Source: a bacterium
GTDB taxonomy: Bacteria; UBA10199; 2-02-FULL-50-16; JAJFLM01
DNA: 64,000 nt
Reading direction: 5' to 3'
Assembly: GCA_965216315.1 (NCBI GenBank)
Contig: CBDCFN010000015.1
Location: forward strand, 128,001 to 192,000
In this document: in pieces, positions 1 through 9,882 of the stretch
How the letters are laid out: every line of letters starts with the position of its first letter
Position numbering within the stretch: the stretch's first letter is position 1
Translations under genes and position numbers: made by a program
The notes under the pieces: model-generated
Database searches by the model: none
Seen by the model: the letters and a program-made list of their open reading frames with translations, nothing else
Told to the model about the DNA's origin: nothing

Positions 1-2634
1 GTTGTCGAGATAAATCAAGCCCACCGTGCGACGTCCTGTCAGTAACGGCGTGCACAGCACTGAACGAATTTCAAGGGCGTGCACCGACTGAGACTCCGCA
101 AAACGCTCATCGGTTTGCGCGTCCAAGCTCACAATCGTCTTTCCAGTCCGCATCACTTCCTTGGCAATTGTGCGCGAAATTTCCTCTTCATCGCGATCCA
201 AATCCTGACTGTCGAAATTACGCGCTGCCCTGATATCCAAATCCTGCCGATCGGACAGAATCACAAAACCACGCTCGGCATCCGTCAGATGAATCGCCGC
301 ATCTAGGACCTCCTCTAGGAGCTGATCCACATCGTGCATCATTAACAAGCGGCGATTGATATCACTGCTTTCGATAAACGATGTCGCATCCATTGATTGT
401 GACACGTTTTCCTTTTTTTCCGCTGGACCGAGCGCTGCTAAGGCCTGACGAATCTTTTCCTTTTTGCGATCCCGCATAAAGCTTTGCTGAAATGACTCCG
501 GCACACTGGCCTTCAATTCATCAATGACTTGGAGGGCCTTGTTGTATGACCTTTTGGCGGCGAGCGTTTTTCCGCTGAGTTGAGCAAGCTCCCCTTCGTC
601 ACTTAAAATCTGCCACAGATTATTTTTGGCCTGTCGTTCCAGGGCATCTTTTTTAAGCGCGGCCAACCATGCCGCAACGGGATAATCGGCATACTTCTCC
701 TGCGCAATTCGGAATTTGGCCTCGAACCAATTGGCCTGTAATTCATAGGACTCCTGCCCGGTACTCGTGACATAATCGCGCAAAATCCCTAATACCTCCT
801 CGCACGTATTGAGATCCTTTAGTTCCAGCGCGCGATACCCTTTAGCGAGTTGAGCCTGAAACATCGCCTGCGATTCACCCAGGTCTTTAGCAAAAGTGAG
901 AGCTTGTTCAATATACTTGGCAACACGTTCCTCATTGCCCTTGCCCTGCTCTCCAACTGTCAACAAGAAGAGATTATAGGCGATCAGTGATTGGAGTCCG
1001 TGTTCCTGCGATAAGGCGAGGGATTCTTCGAGCGCTTCCTCCGCCTGACTGAGGCGACCAAAGTAAAAATAAAGATTGCCCAAATTACTCAGAATCGAAG
1101 CCAACGAACTCGGATTATCTAAGGCACGCGCCAGTTCAAGAGCCTGGATAAAGAGCTCATACGCACGGTCCCAACGGCCTTGTTCCTGCTGCAGCGTCGC
1201 CGCATTGATCAGAAGACTTAATTGATGATCTTGCCGTTCGCTTTCTGCCGCATAGGCCGCAGCCTTTTCAAAACTGGCCGCCGCTTCGACCGGCTTACTA
1301 AGCGCCTGCAAGACGAGAGCACGGTAATTTTCAAAACGCGTGCGCTGGACGAGCGTCGCTTGTTCTATCTCGTTGGCTGGAACAGATTCAATATTTTGAG
1401 TCGCCGTATCTAAGGCCCCTTCACGATAGGCTAATTGCACGGCAAGTATTACGTGTTCAAATGAGCGTTCACCACCTAAGGCGGGATGAGCCGCCATTTC
1501 AGCAAGAAAGGCATGGGCTTCGGGATATCGCCCCTGCTCGATCAAGACGTGACCCATCGCCGCATAAAACGCTTCGACGACGCCTTGCTCCGTTTCCGTT
1601 TTAAAGCGCGAGAGCTGCGATTCAGCAAACCGCTGGGCTTCATGACGATCTCCACTCCGTACCAGCGCCAATAACTCATCGACGACTTCCTGAGCGCTCT
1701 GCTTGCCTTGGGCACGGCTGCGAACACGTTGCTTTTTCGGGGCGCGTGTTTTTGAAACTGAACTCACCGCCTTTTCAGCACTCAGGGCAAAATTTTCTCT
1801 TTCTTCTGCATTGAGAAGTTCGATAATGGCTCGTGCCTTCGCGAGGCGCCGCTTTGGGTCCTTTTCGACCAGGCGTTCAATAATTTTGATAATTCCAACC
1901 GGAACTTCATCGCTGGCGCGCAGGGGAGTAAGGTCGATGTCCTGCTGACGCAGGGCCTCAAGATACATCGCAAAGCTTTGCCCGCGTTTGACGGGCAACC
2001 GCCCTAAGGCCATTTCATAGAGCACAACTCCAAACGAATAAAGATCCGCACGCTGATCATAGTCTTGCTGTGCCAATACTTCCGGCGCCATATAGGCCAA
2101 TGTACCGGCCGTCTCTTTAACCTGATCCTTATTTTTCGCGGCAACAGCCAAGCCGAAATCGATGATCTTCAAACGAAGTCGTTCGAGCGTTTGAGACGCA
2201 TCCGCATCATGGACCATGCCAACGAGCATATTGTCGGGCTTGAGATCGCGATGAATGATTTTGTTAGTGTGTAAATAATCAAGGGCCCAACAGGCCTGGA
2301 CGATCAATTGAAAGACCGCGTTCCAATCTTTTTTTTGGCATGCACTGACAAAGTCCTCTCCCTCGACATACTCCGAGGTATAGTAGAGTTCTTTACCATC
2401 ATTAGAATAATCAAGGAGCCGCGCTAAATGCGGGTGCGAAAGTTTTTTAAGAAGCGCGCATTCCGACTTAAAGGCCTTGACGAGAGTCGGTGTGGCCTTG
2501 GCGCCAAGCAAGCGTTTGAGGACCTTGAGTTGATGACCTTCTTCTCTATCCCGCACGAGATAAGTCGTACCGCCTGCACCGGACCCGAGTTCCCGCTCGA
2601 TCTCATAACATCCTGCTAATACAGCCGATTTCAC
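1..2634 (-). CDS. Ser/Thr protein kinase-TPR-GAF multidomain protein (3' part runs off the window)
   Basis: Not in the ORF track (no stop in window). Manual translation from GTG 2634 gives YEIERELGSGAGG, IIHRDLKPDN, IIDFGLA, GTLAYMAPE, DLYSFGVVLYE, then TPR-like helices, and a GAF end (IRSVLCTPLL..VGLIYLDN) at base 1. Confidence 0.88.
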   Translation of the reverse strand, partial: MKSAVLAGCYEIERELGSGAGGTTYLVRDREEGHQLKVLKRLLGAKATPTLVKAFKSECALLKKLSHPHLARLLDYSNDGKELYYTSEYVEGEDFVSACQKKDWNAVFQLIVQACWALDYLHTNKIIHRDLKPDNMLVGMVHDADASQTLERLRLKIIDFGLAVAAKNKDQVKETAGTLAYMAPEVLAQQDYDQRADLYSFGVVLYEMALGRLPVKRGQSFAMYLEALRQQDIDLTPLRASDEVPVGIIKIIERLVEKDPKRRLAKARAIIELLNAEERENFALSAEKAVSSVSKTRAPKKQRVRSRAQGKQSAQEVVDELLALVRSGDRHEAQRFAESQLSRFKTETEQGVVEAFYAAMGHVLIEQGRYPEAHAFLAEMAAHPALGGERSFEHVILAVQLAYREGALDTATQNIESVPANEIEQATLVQRTRFENYRALVLQALSKPVEAAASFEKAAAYAAESERQDHQLSLLINAATLQQEQGRWDRAYELFIQALELARALDNPSSLASILSNLGNLYFYFGRLSQAEEALEESLALSQEHGLQSLIAYNLFLLTVGEQGKGNEERVAKYIEQALTFAKDLGESQAMFQAQLAKGYRALELKDLNTCEEVLGILRDYVTSTGQESYELQANWFEAKFRIAQEKYADYPVAAWLAALKKDALERQAKNNLWQILSDEGELAQLSGKTLAAKRSYNKALQVIDELKASVPESFQQSFMRDRKKEKIRQALAALGPAEKKENVSQSMDATSFIESSDINRRLLMMHDVDQLLEEVLDAAIHLTDAERGFVILSDRQDLDIRAARNFDSQDLDRDEEEISRTIAKEVMRTGKTIVSLDAQTDERFAESQSVHALEIRSVLCTPLLTGRRTVGLIYLDN

Positions 2635-2682
2635 GTATTTGAGGATAGCACGGCAGAGGGCTAGTGTATATATTATATACAG

Positions 2683-3372
2683 CTATTGCCTGACAAAACT
2701 AAAGGTGCCGACCGGAACAAGTTCTCCATTCACTACAAACAAGGCATCATCAAAGAGCTTAATCACTTCGGCAGGATCCGTATCCTGATTCGCTGCCGTA
2801 AAAGTCGCGCCGCTGTCAGTTCCTGCATCGTAGACAAAAAGTTCGACTTCTACGGTTTCAATCCAAGTGCCGTCCTCACATAAAGAAAGATCTCGAACGC
2901 CAACAAACCAGTCCGGACTGGGCGCCAGCATAGAAACGAGACTGACAAGCGGGTGATTTGGGCTGATCTCAAAGCTCAGATTCACTGACCCCGGCGACGG
3001 GTTGATCCCTCCACCCGAGAGGGTGGTCCCCGCATTTCCAGAACTGATCAAAGCGCTAATCTCATCGTCCAAAGGACTCTTACTGCCCATTTCAGCCATG
3101 TTTTCGATACCATCGGTAGCCAATTCACCACTGGCCCATAGGGTCACTGCGCTATCGTGAGTCGCGCCGATTAGCCCTGAAAAATGAGGATTCGACGGCA
3201 AGACGTCGTGCGTTTGCTCGCTCCACGTCGCCGTAAATGTCACTTGATAAGTTGCTGTTCCGGTGCAGTCTATCTCACTGGCATCGTTAGAATTGGGTGC
3301 ATTTGTCGTGCAAGCAGAGACGACGGCAAGGCACATGCCCAATGCAAGCAAGAGCTGAATCTTTGCGGACAT
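2683..3372 (-). CDS. Spondin_N domain lipoprotein
   Basis: Lipobox VSAC; motifs PHFSGLIGATH, SMLAPSPDWFVG, YDAGTDSG. Confidence 0.88.
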   Translation of the reverse strand: MSAKIQLLLALGMCLAVVSACTTNAPNSNDASEIDCTGTATYQVTFTATWSEQTHDVLPSNPHFSGLIGATHDSAVTLWASGELATDGIENMAEMGSKSPLDDEISALISSGNAGTTLSGGGINPSPGSVNLSFEISPNHPLVSLVSMLAPSPDWFVGVRDLSLCEDGTWIETVEVELFVYDAGTDSGATFTAANQDTDPAEVIKLFDDALFVVNGELVPVGTFSFVRQ

Positions 3373-3554
3373 ATTGAGAGCTTAATCCTCTTGAGGCTAG
3401 ATGTAAATGACCTCGAAACGGGCACGCCCCGACACATGCAAAGTGTATAATAAGTAGTCGAAAGAGGGCTCCCGACACCAAAATCGCAGCCGGATCCCAA
3501 ACGCGCTAATAATAAATAATCTAATAATATTATATAGTTATGTCTTTTCCTTGC

Positions 3555-3569
3555 TGGCACAAGACTTGC
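3555..3569 (+). promoter_or_regulatory. sigma54 -24/-12 promoter
   Basis: TGGCAC-aagac-TTGC upstream of ORF 3700; AT-rich IHF-like box at 3521-3540. Confidence 0.8.
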
Positions 3570-3586
3570 TCTCTTGGGGGGTACAA

Positions 3587-3605
3587 TTCAGCACCCAACC
3601 CTACA
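3587..3605 (+). repeat. Direct repeat copy 1 (TTCAGCACCCAACCnTACA); copy 2 at 4331-4349
   Basis: 18/19 identity between copies; each copy is followed by a long hairpin. Confidence 0.7.
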
Positions 3606-3699
3606 TGTGGGGCGGCTGGGGACACGGTGTTTCCAGCCGCTCTGCAACCCTTAAAGGGGGGCTTAAATAACGGGATGTCATCAACCAAGGAGAGAGATA

Positions 3700-4320
3700 A
3701 TGCGTACTCACAAAAAAATTCTTAATACCCTTTTCGGACTCATTCTGGCCGCTGTCATTTACCCCCAAGTGGCGAGTGCACAACCAGCCGATGAACCATC
3801 ATCTTGGGAACCCCAGGTGAATGAACTGAAACGGATCGGTCCGATCCCCGTCGAAGATCTCAATGACCAGCAAATAAATAAACTGAAACAACTTCGTGAG
3901 GAACGCCAAGAACTGAAACAGGCAATCAATGACTGGTATGAAGAGATTGAAGGGCGCATTCCTAGTCATGACTTTGGCTTGCGTGAACTCAATGCAGATA
4001 TTGTGGAGATGAATAACAGGATTCGGAGAGCGAGGAAAATTATCAGAGCCATAATCGCAGAAGATGAGATCGAAGCTGAAATTCCTGTTACTGATGAAGA
4101 CGAAACAGAACTGGAAACCGAGATTCTTGAGGAAGCTGATGATATTAGCGAACCCGATCTCGTCTATGTCGATGACGGCCAGGACGACTTTAACGCCGGC
4201 CTTAATTCAGGCGGTTGCACGCTGAGCAGCACGGCCCCCAACGGCACCCCCGGCAGCATGCTCGGCCTCTTGATCTGCGGAGCAATCGCCATTCTACTGA
4301 AAAAGCGGACGAGCGCTTAA
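3700..4320 (+). CDS. Secreted coiled-coil/acidic protein with MYXO-CTERM-like C-terminal anchor
   Basis: Signal peptide ending ASA; C-terminal GGC-linker-TM helix-KKR; SD AAGGAG. Confidence 0.75.
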   Translation: MRTHKKILNTLFGLILAAVIYPQVASAQPADEPSSWEPQVNELKRIGPIPVEDLNDQQINKLKQLREERQELKQAINDWYEEIEGRIPSHDFGLRELNADIVEMNNRIRRARKIIRAIIAEDEIEAEIPVTDEDETELETEILEEADDISEPDLVYVDDGQDDFNAGLNSGGCTLSSTAPNGTPGSMLGLLICGAIAILLKKRTSA

Positions 4321-4349
4321 TCAAACCAACTTCAGCACCCAACCATACA

Positions 4350-4391
4350 CAACGAGGTCGCAAGTCATTCTCTTTACTTGCGGCCTCGTTG
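4350..4391. terminator. Hairpin between convergent genes
   Basis: caacgaggtcgcaagt / acttgcggcctcgttg stem. Confidence 0.6.
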
Positions 4392-4405
4392 CATTTAAGC
4401 CGGAC

Positions 4406-4825
4406 TCATTCGGTCCGTGCGCGCATGATTACCGCACTGATCTGGCTGGTTTGGACCAAGGCGTCAAAAAATTCACGGCCCTGCAACTGCTCTATGTAGA
4501 TGAGATGGTCGCCGACTTCCTTGAGTTTTCCCGTAATGGACTTACCGGATTTGAGCACGACTTCAATCGTCTTACCCTTGTGCCGATAAAGGTTGTGAGG
4601 AATCGAGTCCGAGCGATTGAACTTGAAGACATCCGTGGGCGCCTTCGCCTCGGCTGGAGCCTTGGCAGTTTCCGCTGGAGTTTCAGGTTTGGCCTCCGGT
4701 GGTGTAGGAAGCTTGGCAGGCGCCTCGGCTGCAGCGGGTGGTGTCTCACTCTGTGCACCAACAATATTTACACTCGCTATCACCGCGAATCCAATGAGAC
4801 TTATGAGAATTGATTTGCGCAACAT
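4406..4825 (-). CDS. Exported protein with Pro/Ala linker and Sm/LSm-like C-terminal domain
   Basis: Signal peptide; GKTIEVVLKSGKSITGKLKEV resembles the Sm1 motif. Confidence 0.6.
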   Translation of the reverse strand: MLRKSILISLIGFAVIASVNIVGAQSETPPAAAEAPAKLPTPPEAKPETPAETAKAPAEAKAPTDVFKFNRSDSIPHNLYRHKGKTIEVVLKSGKSITGKLKEVGDHLIYIEQLQGREFFDALVQTSQISAVIMRARTE

Positions 4826-4836
4826 AGTTTCTCTCC

Positions 4837-5439
4837 CTACTTGTTCTTGATGATTTCGATTGAGTTAATCTTATCACCAACGGCAATTTTTCCGGCAACA
4901 TCCATCCCTTCGAGGGTCTGACCAAAAACCGTATATTGTCCATCAAGAAAGGGCGTTGCAGCCAGGGTAATATAGAATTGGGATCCACTCGAACGTTGCT
5001 CGGGATTCACTTGGTCCGGCAGACGTGCCCAGGCGAGCGCCCCTTGGATATGCTTATGGGGGCTTCCCTTATGTTCGCCGACAGTCGTATAGCCTGGGCC
5101 GCCACGGCCGGTCCCCTCAGGGTCGCCGCCCTGAATAACAAAACCCGGCTCGACCCGATGAAAAGTCAGGCCATTATAAAATCCGCCTTCGGCCAACTGT
5201 TTGAAGTTAGTCACCGAGATAGGCGCTTCCTTTTCAAAAAGATCGACTTTAATATCACCTTTATCCGTGTGAATGACAGCCTGATAGTTAACACCCGCTT
5301 CGATATCGGGCTTGGTTGGCTCTGAAAATGTCTTTGGCATATTGGCATCCCCTTTGCTTTTTTCCGCATCCTTAGAACTGCAGGCGTTGATACTAAAGCT
5401 TAAAACAATTAATAGAATGAGACCGGCGCTTTTATGCAT
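4837..5439 (-). CDS. Cyclophilin-type peptidyl-prolyl isomerase (lipoprotein)
   Basis: FHRVEPGFVIQGGDP, GSQFYI, FLDGQYTVFG; lipobox INAC. Confidence 0.93.
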   Translation of the reverse strand: MHKSAGLILLIVLSFSINACSSKDAEKSKGDANMPKTFSEPTKPDIEAGVNYQAVIHTDKGDIKVDLFEKEAPISVTNFKQLAEGGFYNGLTFHRVEPGFVIQGGDPEGTGRGGPGYTTVGEHKGSPHKHIQGALAWARLPDQVNPEQRSSGSQFYITLAATPFLDGQYTVFGQTLEGMDVAGKIAVGDKINSIEIIKNK

Positions 5440-5490
5440 AGAACTCCCCCCTTAGTTGGTCCTAGAGGGTCACACAGCCTTGGTCGGGAG

Positions 5491-6681
5491 TCAAGTTTCG
5501 GAGAGACGCTTATTTCGTTGATGATGGCGATCTAACAGGCAATCCGCCGCGACACGCATCGCAGGCCAGGCGGGCAACGCCCGAACGATCATCCTCGTTG
5601 TATCGATGACATAATCCCCATCGACCTGAACGGGAATTGCAAAAGGCTGCCCTTTTTCATCTGAAAAGAAAATTTCCATGGACTGTCCCTGTAGCAATTG
5701 TAGCTGCAACTCCGCCTCAAGTCTTTCAATGCGATCATCAGGGCCAATTTGCATGGACTTGCCTTTCAAAGCCGCTTTCCCCTTGCCCTGCACCTCACGA
5801 AAAATTTTATACATTTGCCATATTGACCCTAGCGGATAGCCCTTGACCCCAAGACCCTGTATCGGTGTCCCCGGAAAGGCATTGCTGCCATCCGCTAAAG
5901 GCGTGCCATGAAAAAAAACCTCGCGCGATACAAACTGATGATCACCATATTGGCTATGCTTCCAATTGACATGAAAAGGGCGAGACAACACGACATTTTT
6001 TCCACCGATCATTTTGCGCTTGATATGCACCCACTTGCCGTGCCCCGTTCGCGTCGATTTGAACATAGCCGCGATGGTCGTCCCCGCACCCGCATTATGG
6101 GAAAAGATAATCGGTTCATTGATGCCATCCAGTTCAAGCCAACCAAGATTTAATGGCACCGTCGTATGAGAGCGCAGGTAATCAATGCAATCGGATTCAT
6201 TGGCACCGGGCGCCCCTGCCATAACGCTGAGGTCATTGGCACTCCCTAAACGAATCACGCCGACGCGGAGTCCACTGGCCGCCATTCGAGCCGCTACTTC
6301 GTCCGCCGACTGTTGAATCATATCTTGTTGGTTTGGAAAAATGTAGAGCAAGAGGCCACGGACTACTTCGTTCATCGTGCCATCTCCACCAAAGGCGATC
6401 ACATCCAAAGGTGTATCGGGACGGAAGGTCTTAAATTGACGAACAGCCGCCGCAACCAAACGAACCGTCTCGAAGGGATCTTCCACGGTCCTCACGGGCG
6501 GGAGCATCCTGAATTCTTGCTGCAAGGCCCGATCGGCCTCCATGACATTCGTGACATTCTCGGCAATAGTTGGGGCATTGCCGCTCCCGGCGACCGGATT
6601 CACAACGGGCAAAATATAATGAGGAGCCGCCGCCAAAACAGGCGCCAGCGAAGCTGCTGAAAGGGACCCTAAGACCACCAT
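5491..6681 (-). CDS. Diacylglycerol/lipid kinase (YegS/DgkB-like) family protein, divergent
   Basis: NPVAGSG, GGDGTMNEV, GSANDL, QVDGD motifs. Confidence 0.75.
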   Translation of the reverse strand: MVVLGSLSAASLAPVLAAAPHYILPVVNPVAGSGNAPTIAENVTNVMEADRALQQEFRMLPPVRTVEDPFETVRLVAAAVRQFKTFRPDTPLDVIAFGGDGTMNEVVRGLLLYIFPNQQDMIQQSADEVAARMAASGLRVGVIRLGSANDLSVMAGAPGANESDCIDYLRSHTTVPLNLGWLELDGINEPIIFSHNAGAGTTIAAMFKSTRTGHGKWVHIKRKMIGGKNVVLSRPFHVNWKHSQYGDHQFVSREVFFHGTPLADGSNAFPGTPIQGLGVKGYPLGSIWQMYKIFREVQGKGKAALKGKSMQIGPDDRIERLEAELQLQLLQGQSMEIFFSDEKGQPFAIPVQVDGDYVIDTTRMIVRALPAWPAMRVAADCLLDRHHQRNKRLSET

Positions 6682-6691
6682 ACCGAAGAGG

Positions 6692-6717
6692 TCTTCGGGA
6701 TGATGACAAGAAAGTTG
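6692..6717 (-). promoter_or_regulatory. CAAC-N16-CGAAGA alternative-sigma promoter motif
   Basis: GCAACTTtcttgtcatcatcCCGAAGA, 10 nt before ATG 6681; same motif precedes other orphan genes. Confidence 0.6.
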
Positions 6718-6736
6718 CTTAAAATATAAGCACTTA

Positions 6737-7495
6737 CTAAAGACGGACGGGAACCTGATTTCTCTTAAGATATCGCTTCACTTGGCCGACCGTGAGTTCT
6801 CCAAAATGGAAAATCGAGGCTGCCAAGGCAGCATCCGCCCGACCCTTGGTGAGGCCCTCATGGATGTGAGCTTGGTTGCCCACGCCCCCCGAGGCGATGA
6901 CTGGAACTTCGACGGCCTCAGCGATCGCACGGGTTAACTGGAGATCATAGCCGATCTTGGTCCCATCGCGGTCCATGCTGGTTAAGAGTATTTCGCCGGC
7001 GCCATAACGCACCATTTTTTGTGCCCATTTGACTGCATCGATGCCGGTCGGCGTGCGACCGCCATGAATATAGACCTCCCACTTGCCGGGCTTGACTCTT
7101 TTGGCATCAATGGCGACGACGATGCACTGACTGCCGAACCGCTTGGAGGCACGCTTTACCAAATCCGGATCCTTGACCGCCGCGGTATTCATCGCGCACT
7201 TGTCTGCTCCGGCCTTCAGCAACATACGCACATCTTGAATACTGCGAACACCGCCCCCAACGGTTAACGGCATAAAAACTGTTTCCGCGGTCTTGCGGAC
7301 AACATCCAAAATGATCGGGCGCCTTTCATGACTTGCCGTGATGTCGAGAAAAACCAATTCATCCGCCTTTTGCCGATCGTATTCCTTTGCCACCGCCACC
7401 GGATCCCCCGCATCCCGCAAATTGACAAACTTAGTGCCTTTGACAACGCGACCATCTTTCACATCAAGGCAAGGTATTATTCGCTTTGTCAGCAT
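6737..7495 (-). CDS. hisF: Imidazole glycerol phosphate synthase cyclase subunit
   Basis: [40 protein letters not shown]. Confidence 0.98.
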   Translation of the reverse strand: MLTKRIIPCLDVKDGRVVKGTKFVNLRDAGDPVAVAKEYDRQKADELVFLDITASHERRPIILDVVRKTAETVFMPLTVGGGVRSIQDVRMLLKAGADKCAMNTAAVKDPDLVKRASKRFGSQCIVVAIDAKRVKPGKWEVYIHGGRTPTGIDAVKWAQKMVRYGAGEILLTSMDRDGTKIGYDLQLTRAIAEAVEVPVIASGGVGNQAHIHEGLTKGRADAALAASIFHFGELTVGQVKRYLKRNQVPVRL

Positions 7496-7647
7496 CAGTT
7501 AATCTCCAATAGCGAACGACGTGAGCGAGAGGGAGAGGCTCCGGAAGCTTTGCTTCTGGAGGGGGCGACGCAAGCCCCTATAAAAGCTCCTTTGACAACA
7601 CGACCGTCTTTCACATCAAGGCAAGGTATTATTCGCTTCGTCAGCAT
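7495..7647 (-). pseudogene. Duplicated hisF 5' fragment fused to a palindromic insert (50-codon mini-ORF)
   Basis: 7589-7647 repeats 7437-7495 at 56/59 identity; ORF ends in a TGATG overlap with the hisF start. Confidence 0.8.
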
Positions 7648-7649
7648 AT

Positions 7650-8372
7650 TTATTGAGCCAATTGAATCGCTTCGGCGAGATCCAAGGTTTCTTCGTAAAG
7701 CGAACGGCCCAGTATGGCTCCCGCGACTCCATCCGATTCTATCGCCTTTAATTTGGCAATATCATCGATTGTCGCGATACCCCCGGAAGCAATGACGGGC
7801 AGGCCACACTCTTGAGCAATAAACTGGGTCGCCGCAAAATTCGGGCCGCTGAGCATACCATCACGGCTGATGTCCGTATAAATGATACAACACGCACCCT
7901 TGTCCTTCATCATCTTAGCGACGTCCACGGCCTTTTGTTCCCCCGTCTCTTGCCAACCGCGTACGGCCACCAACCCGTCCTTCGCATCGATTCCCACCGC
8001 AATCCGCTCGGGAAATTCTTCGTTGAGTTGGGTGATCAACTCGGGTTCTTCCAAGGCCTTGGTCCCCAACACGATGCGACCCGCGCCGAGCGTCAAATAG
8101 ATCTCGGCAATATCCCGCGAGCGGATTCCACCCCCGATCTGGACGGGAACTTCCACTCCCTGCATGATTTGTTCGATGGCGGCCGTATTGACAGGCTTAC
8201 CTTCCAACGCTCCATTGAGGTCAACCACGTGCAACCACTCAGCCCCTTGCTCAACCCATTTCTGAGCCGCCTCGAGGGGATCCTTATAGTAGACGGTCAC
8301 ATCGTCAAAACGCCCCTGCTTGAGGCGGACAGCCTGGCCGTCTTTGAGGTCTATGGCAGGATAGAGGATCAT
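7650..8372 (-). CDS. hisA: ProFAR isomerase
   Basis: YPAIDLKDGQAVRLKQG, HVVDLNGA, YTDISRDG. Confidence 0.97.
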   Translation of the reverse strand: MILYPAIDLKDGQAVRLKQGRFDDVTVYYKDPLEAAQKWVEQGAEWLHVVDLNGALEGKPVNTAAIEQIMQGVEVPVQIGGGIRSRDIAEIYLTLGAGRIVLGTKALEEPELITQLNEEFPERIAVGIDAKDGLVAVRGWQETGEQKAVDVAKMMKDKGACCIIYTDISRDGMLSGPNFAATQFIAQECGLPVIASGGIATIDDIAKLKAIESDGVAGAILGRSLYEETLDLAEAIQLAQ

Positions 8373-8500
8373 ATTCAGTTCATTCGCGCGGAGTTAATCC
8401 GACGCTCATTCACAATCAGTATCATATTGCTGACATGCTAGGAGATTGCGCCGGGAAAATCAATTTGCCAATCAGCCTTTTCACGGCTAACTATGCGCTT

Positions 8501-9787
8501 ATGCAACAATGGCGGACTCAGCAGCGGGATTTCGAGACTAAATGGTCTCAATTGCTGGAATCGGCCTCCAGCACTGATGCCAGGGTTGAAAAGACGGTTG
8601 CTGCCATCGTTGCGAGCGTGCGACGCAAGGGCGATGCCGCCTTGTTTCGCTATACGAACCAGTTCGATCGCTGCACCCTGGACGCCAGTTCGGTTCGAAT
8701 TTCCAAACGCGATATCACCAAGGCGCTCCGGCAGGTCCCGAATCGTCACCTCACCCTTTTGCGCCGTGCGGCCGGACGCATTCGACGCTATCATCGACAG
8801 CAGAAGACGACTAACTGGAGCCTCAATCAGAGTGGTGCGCGCATGGGCCTGCGCTGGACCCCGCTGGAACGGGTTGGACTCTATGTTCCGGGCGGCAAGG
8901 CCGCCTATCCTTCAACCGTCTTAATGAACGCCATCCCGGCGCAATTGGCCGGCGTCCCGCGGCTCGTGATGGTCACGCCAACACCGGACGGCACTGTCAA
9001 TCCTTATACAATCGCCGCCGCTAAAGTCGTCGGCATCAATGAAATCTATCGCGTCGGCGGCGCCCAAGCCGTCGCGGCCTTGGCCTATGGAACGGAATCC
9101 ATCTCCGCCGTCGACAAAATCGTCGGTCCGGGCAACGCCTATGTCGCCACCGCGAAGCGGCAGGTCTTCGGTAAAGTCGACATCGATATGATCGCAGGGC
9201 CCACCGAGGTCTTAGTGCTCGCTGATGGCACGGCTGATCCCGACTTCATCGCCGCCGATCTCCTCAGCCAAGCCGAGCATGATCCCAACGCGCGACCCGT
9301 CTTAATCACGACCTCACGAGACTTGTTAACTAGCGCAAAAGCGGCTCTCCGACGTCAGTTGAAGAAAACAACCCGCCGGGGCATAGCGACTCGCGCCCTC
9401 ACGAAAAACGGCGTCGCCATCTTGGCCCGGAACCGAAAGGAAGCCATCCGACTGGCCAACGAAATGGCCCCCGAACATCTCTTACTTATCGTCCGCAATA
9501 AGGGTCCCTGGATGCGCGATATCCGCAATGCAGGAGCTATTTTTATCGGTCCCTATTCACCCGTCGCGGCCGGCGATTATCTCGTCGGACCCAACCATGT
9601 CCTCCCTACGGCACGCACGGCCCGTTACGCCTCGCCGCTCGGGGTATACGACTTTGTAAAGGCGTCGAGCTGGCTCGAGTTATCGCGAAAAGGGCTGGCG
9701 CAAGTGTCAAAGGATATAGTACAACTGGCTGAGCTTGAGGGATTGACCGCACACGGTGATTCCGTACGTATTAGACTAGATGAGTAA
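8501..9787 (+). CDS. hisD: Histidinol dehydrogenase
   Basis: GLYVPGGKAAYPS, DMIAGPTE, SQAEHD, APEHL, GPNHVLPT; ATG 8501 preferred as start. Confidence 0.97.
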   Translation: MQQWRTQQRDFETKWSQLLESASSTDARVEKTVAAIVASVRRKGDAALFRYTNQFDRCTLDASSVRISKRDITKALRQVPNRHLTLLRRAAGRIRRYHRQQKTTNWSLNQSGARMGLRWTPLERVGLYVPGGKAAYPSTVLMNAIPAQLAGVPRLVMVTPTPDGTVNPYTIAAAKVVGINEIYRVGGAQAVAALAYGTESISAVDKIVGPGNAYVATAKRQVFGKVDIDMIAGPTEVLVLADGTADPDFIAADLLSQAEHDPNARPVLITTSRDLLTSAKAALRRQLKKTTRRGIATRALTKNGVAILARNRKEAIRLANEMAPEHLLLIVRNKGPWMRDIRNAGAIFIGPYSPVAAGDYLVGPNHVLPTARTARYASPLGVYDFVKASSWLELSRKGLAQVSKDIVQLAELEGLTAHGDSVRIRLDE

Positions 9788-9792
9788 TTTGG

Positions 9793-9882
9793 CGCGGGTG
9801 GCACGCGAGAAACTTTTTTAAGAGCGAGTCCCTTCGGGACAAGTGGTTTAAAAAATTGTTTCGAGCCGTGACAGGACCCGCG
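9793..9882. repeat. Long imperfect palindrome in the hisD-hisB spacer
   Basis: Nested pairings cgcgggt/acccgcg, cacg/cgtg, gaaac/gtttc, tttttaa/ttaaaaa; apical gtcc-cttcg-ggac. Confidence 0.6.

Noticed and set aside
79..2619. Short ORFs listed in the track for 1-2.6 kb
   Set aside because: All overlap the single long minus-strand kinase frame that lacks a stop in the window.
8435..8500. Longer N-termini from the ORF track for hisD (also bioF 16816, SDR 20801, thiolase 32015, slt 61639)
   Set aside because: Downstream ATGs fit family length and/or have better SD sequences.
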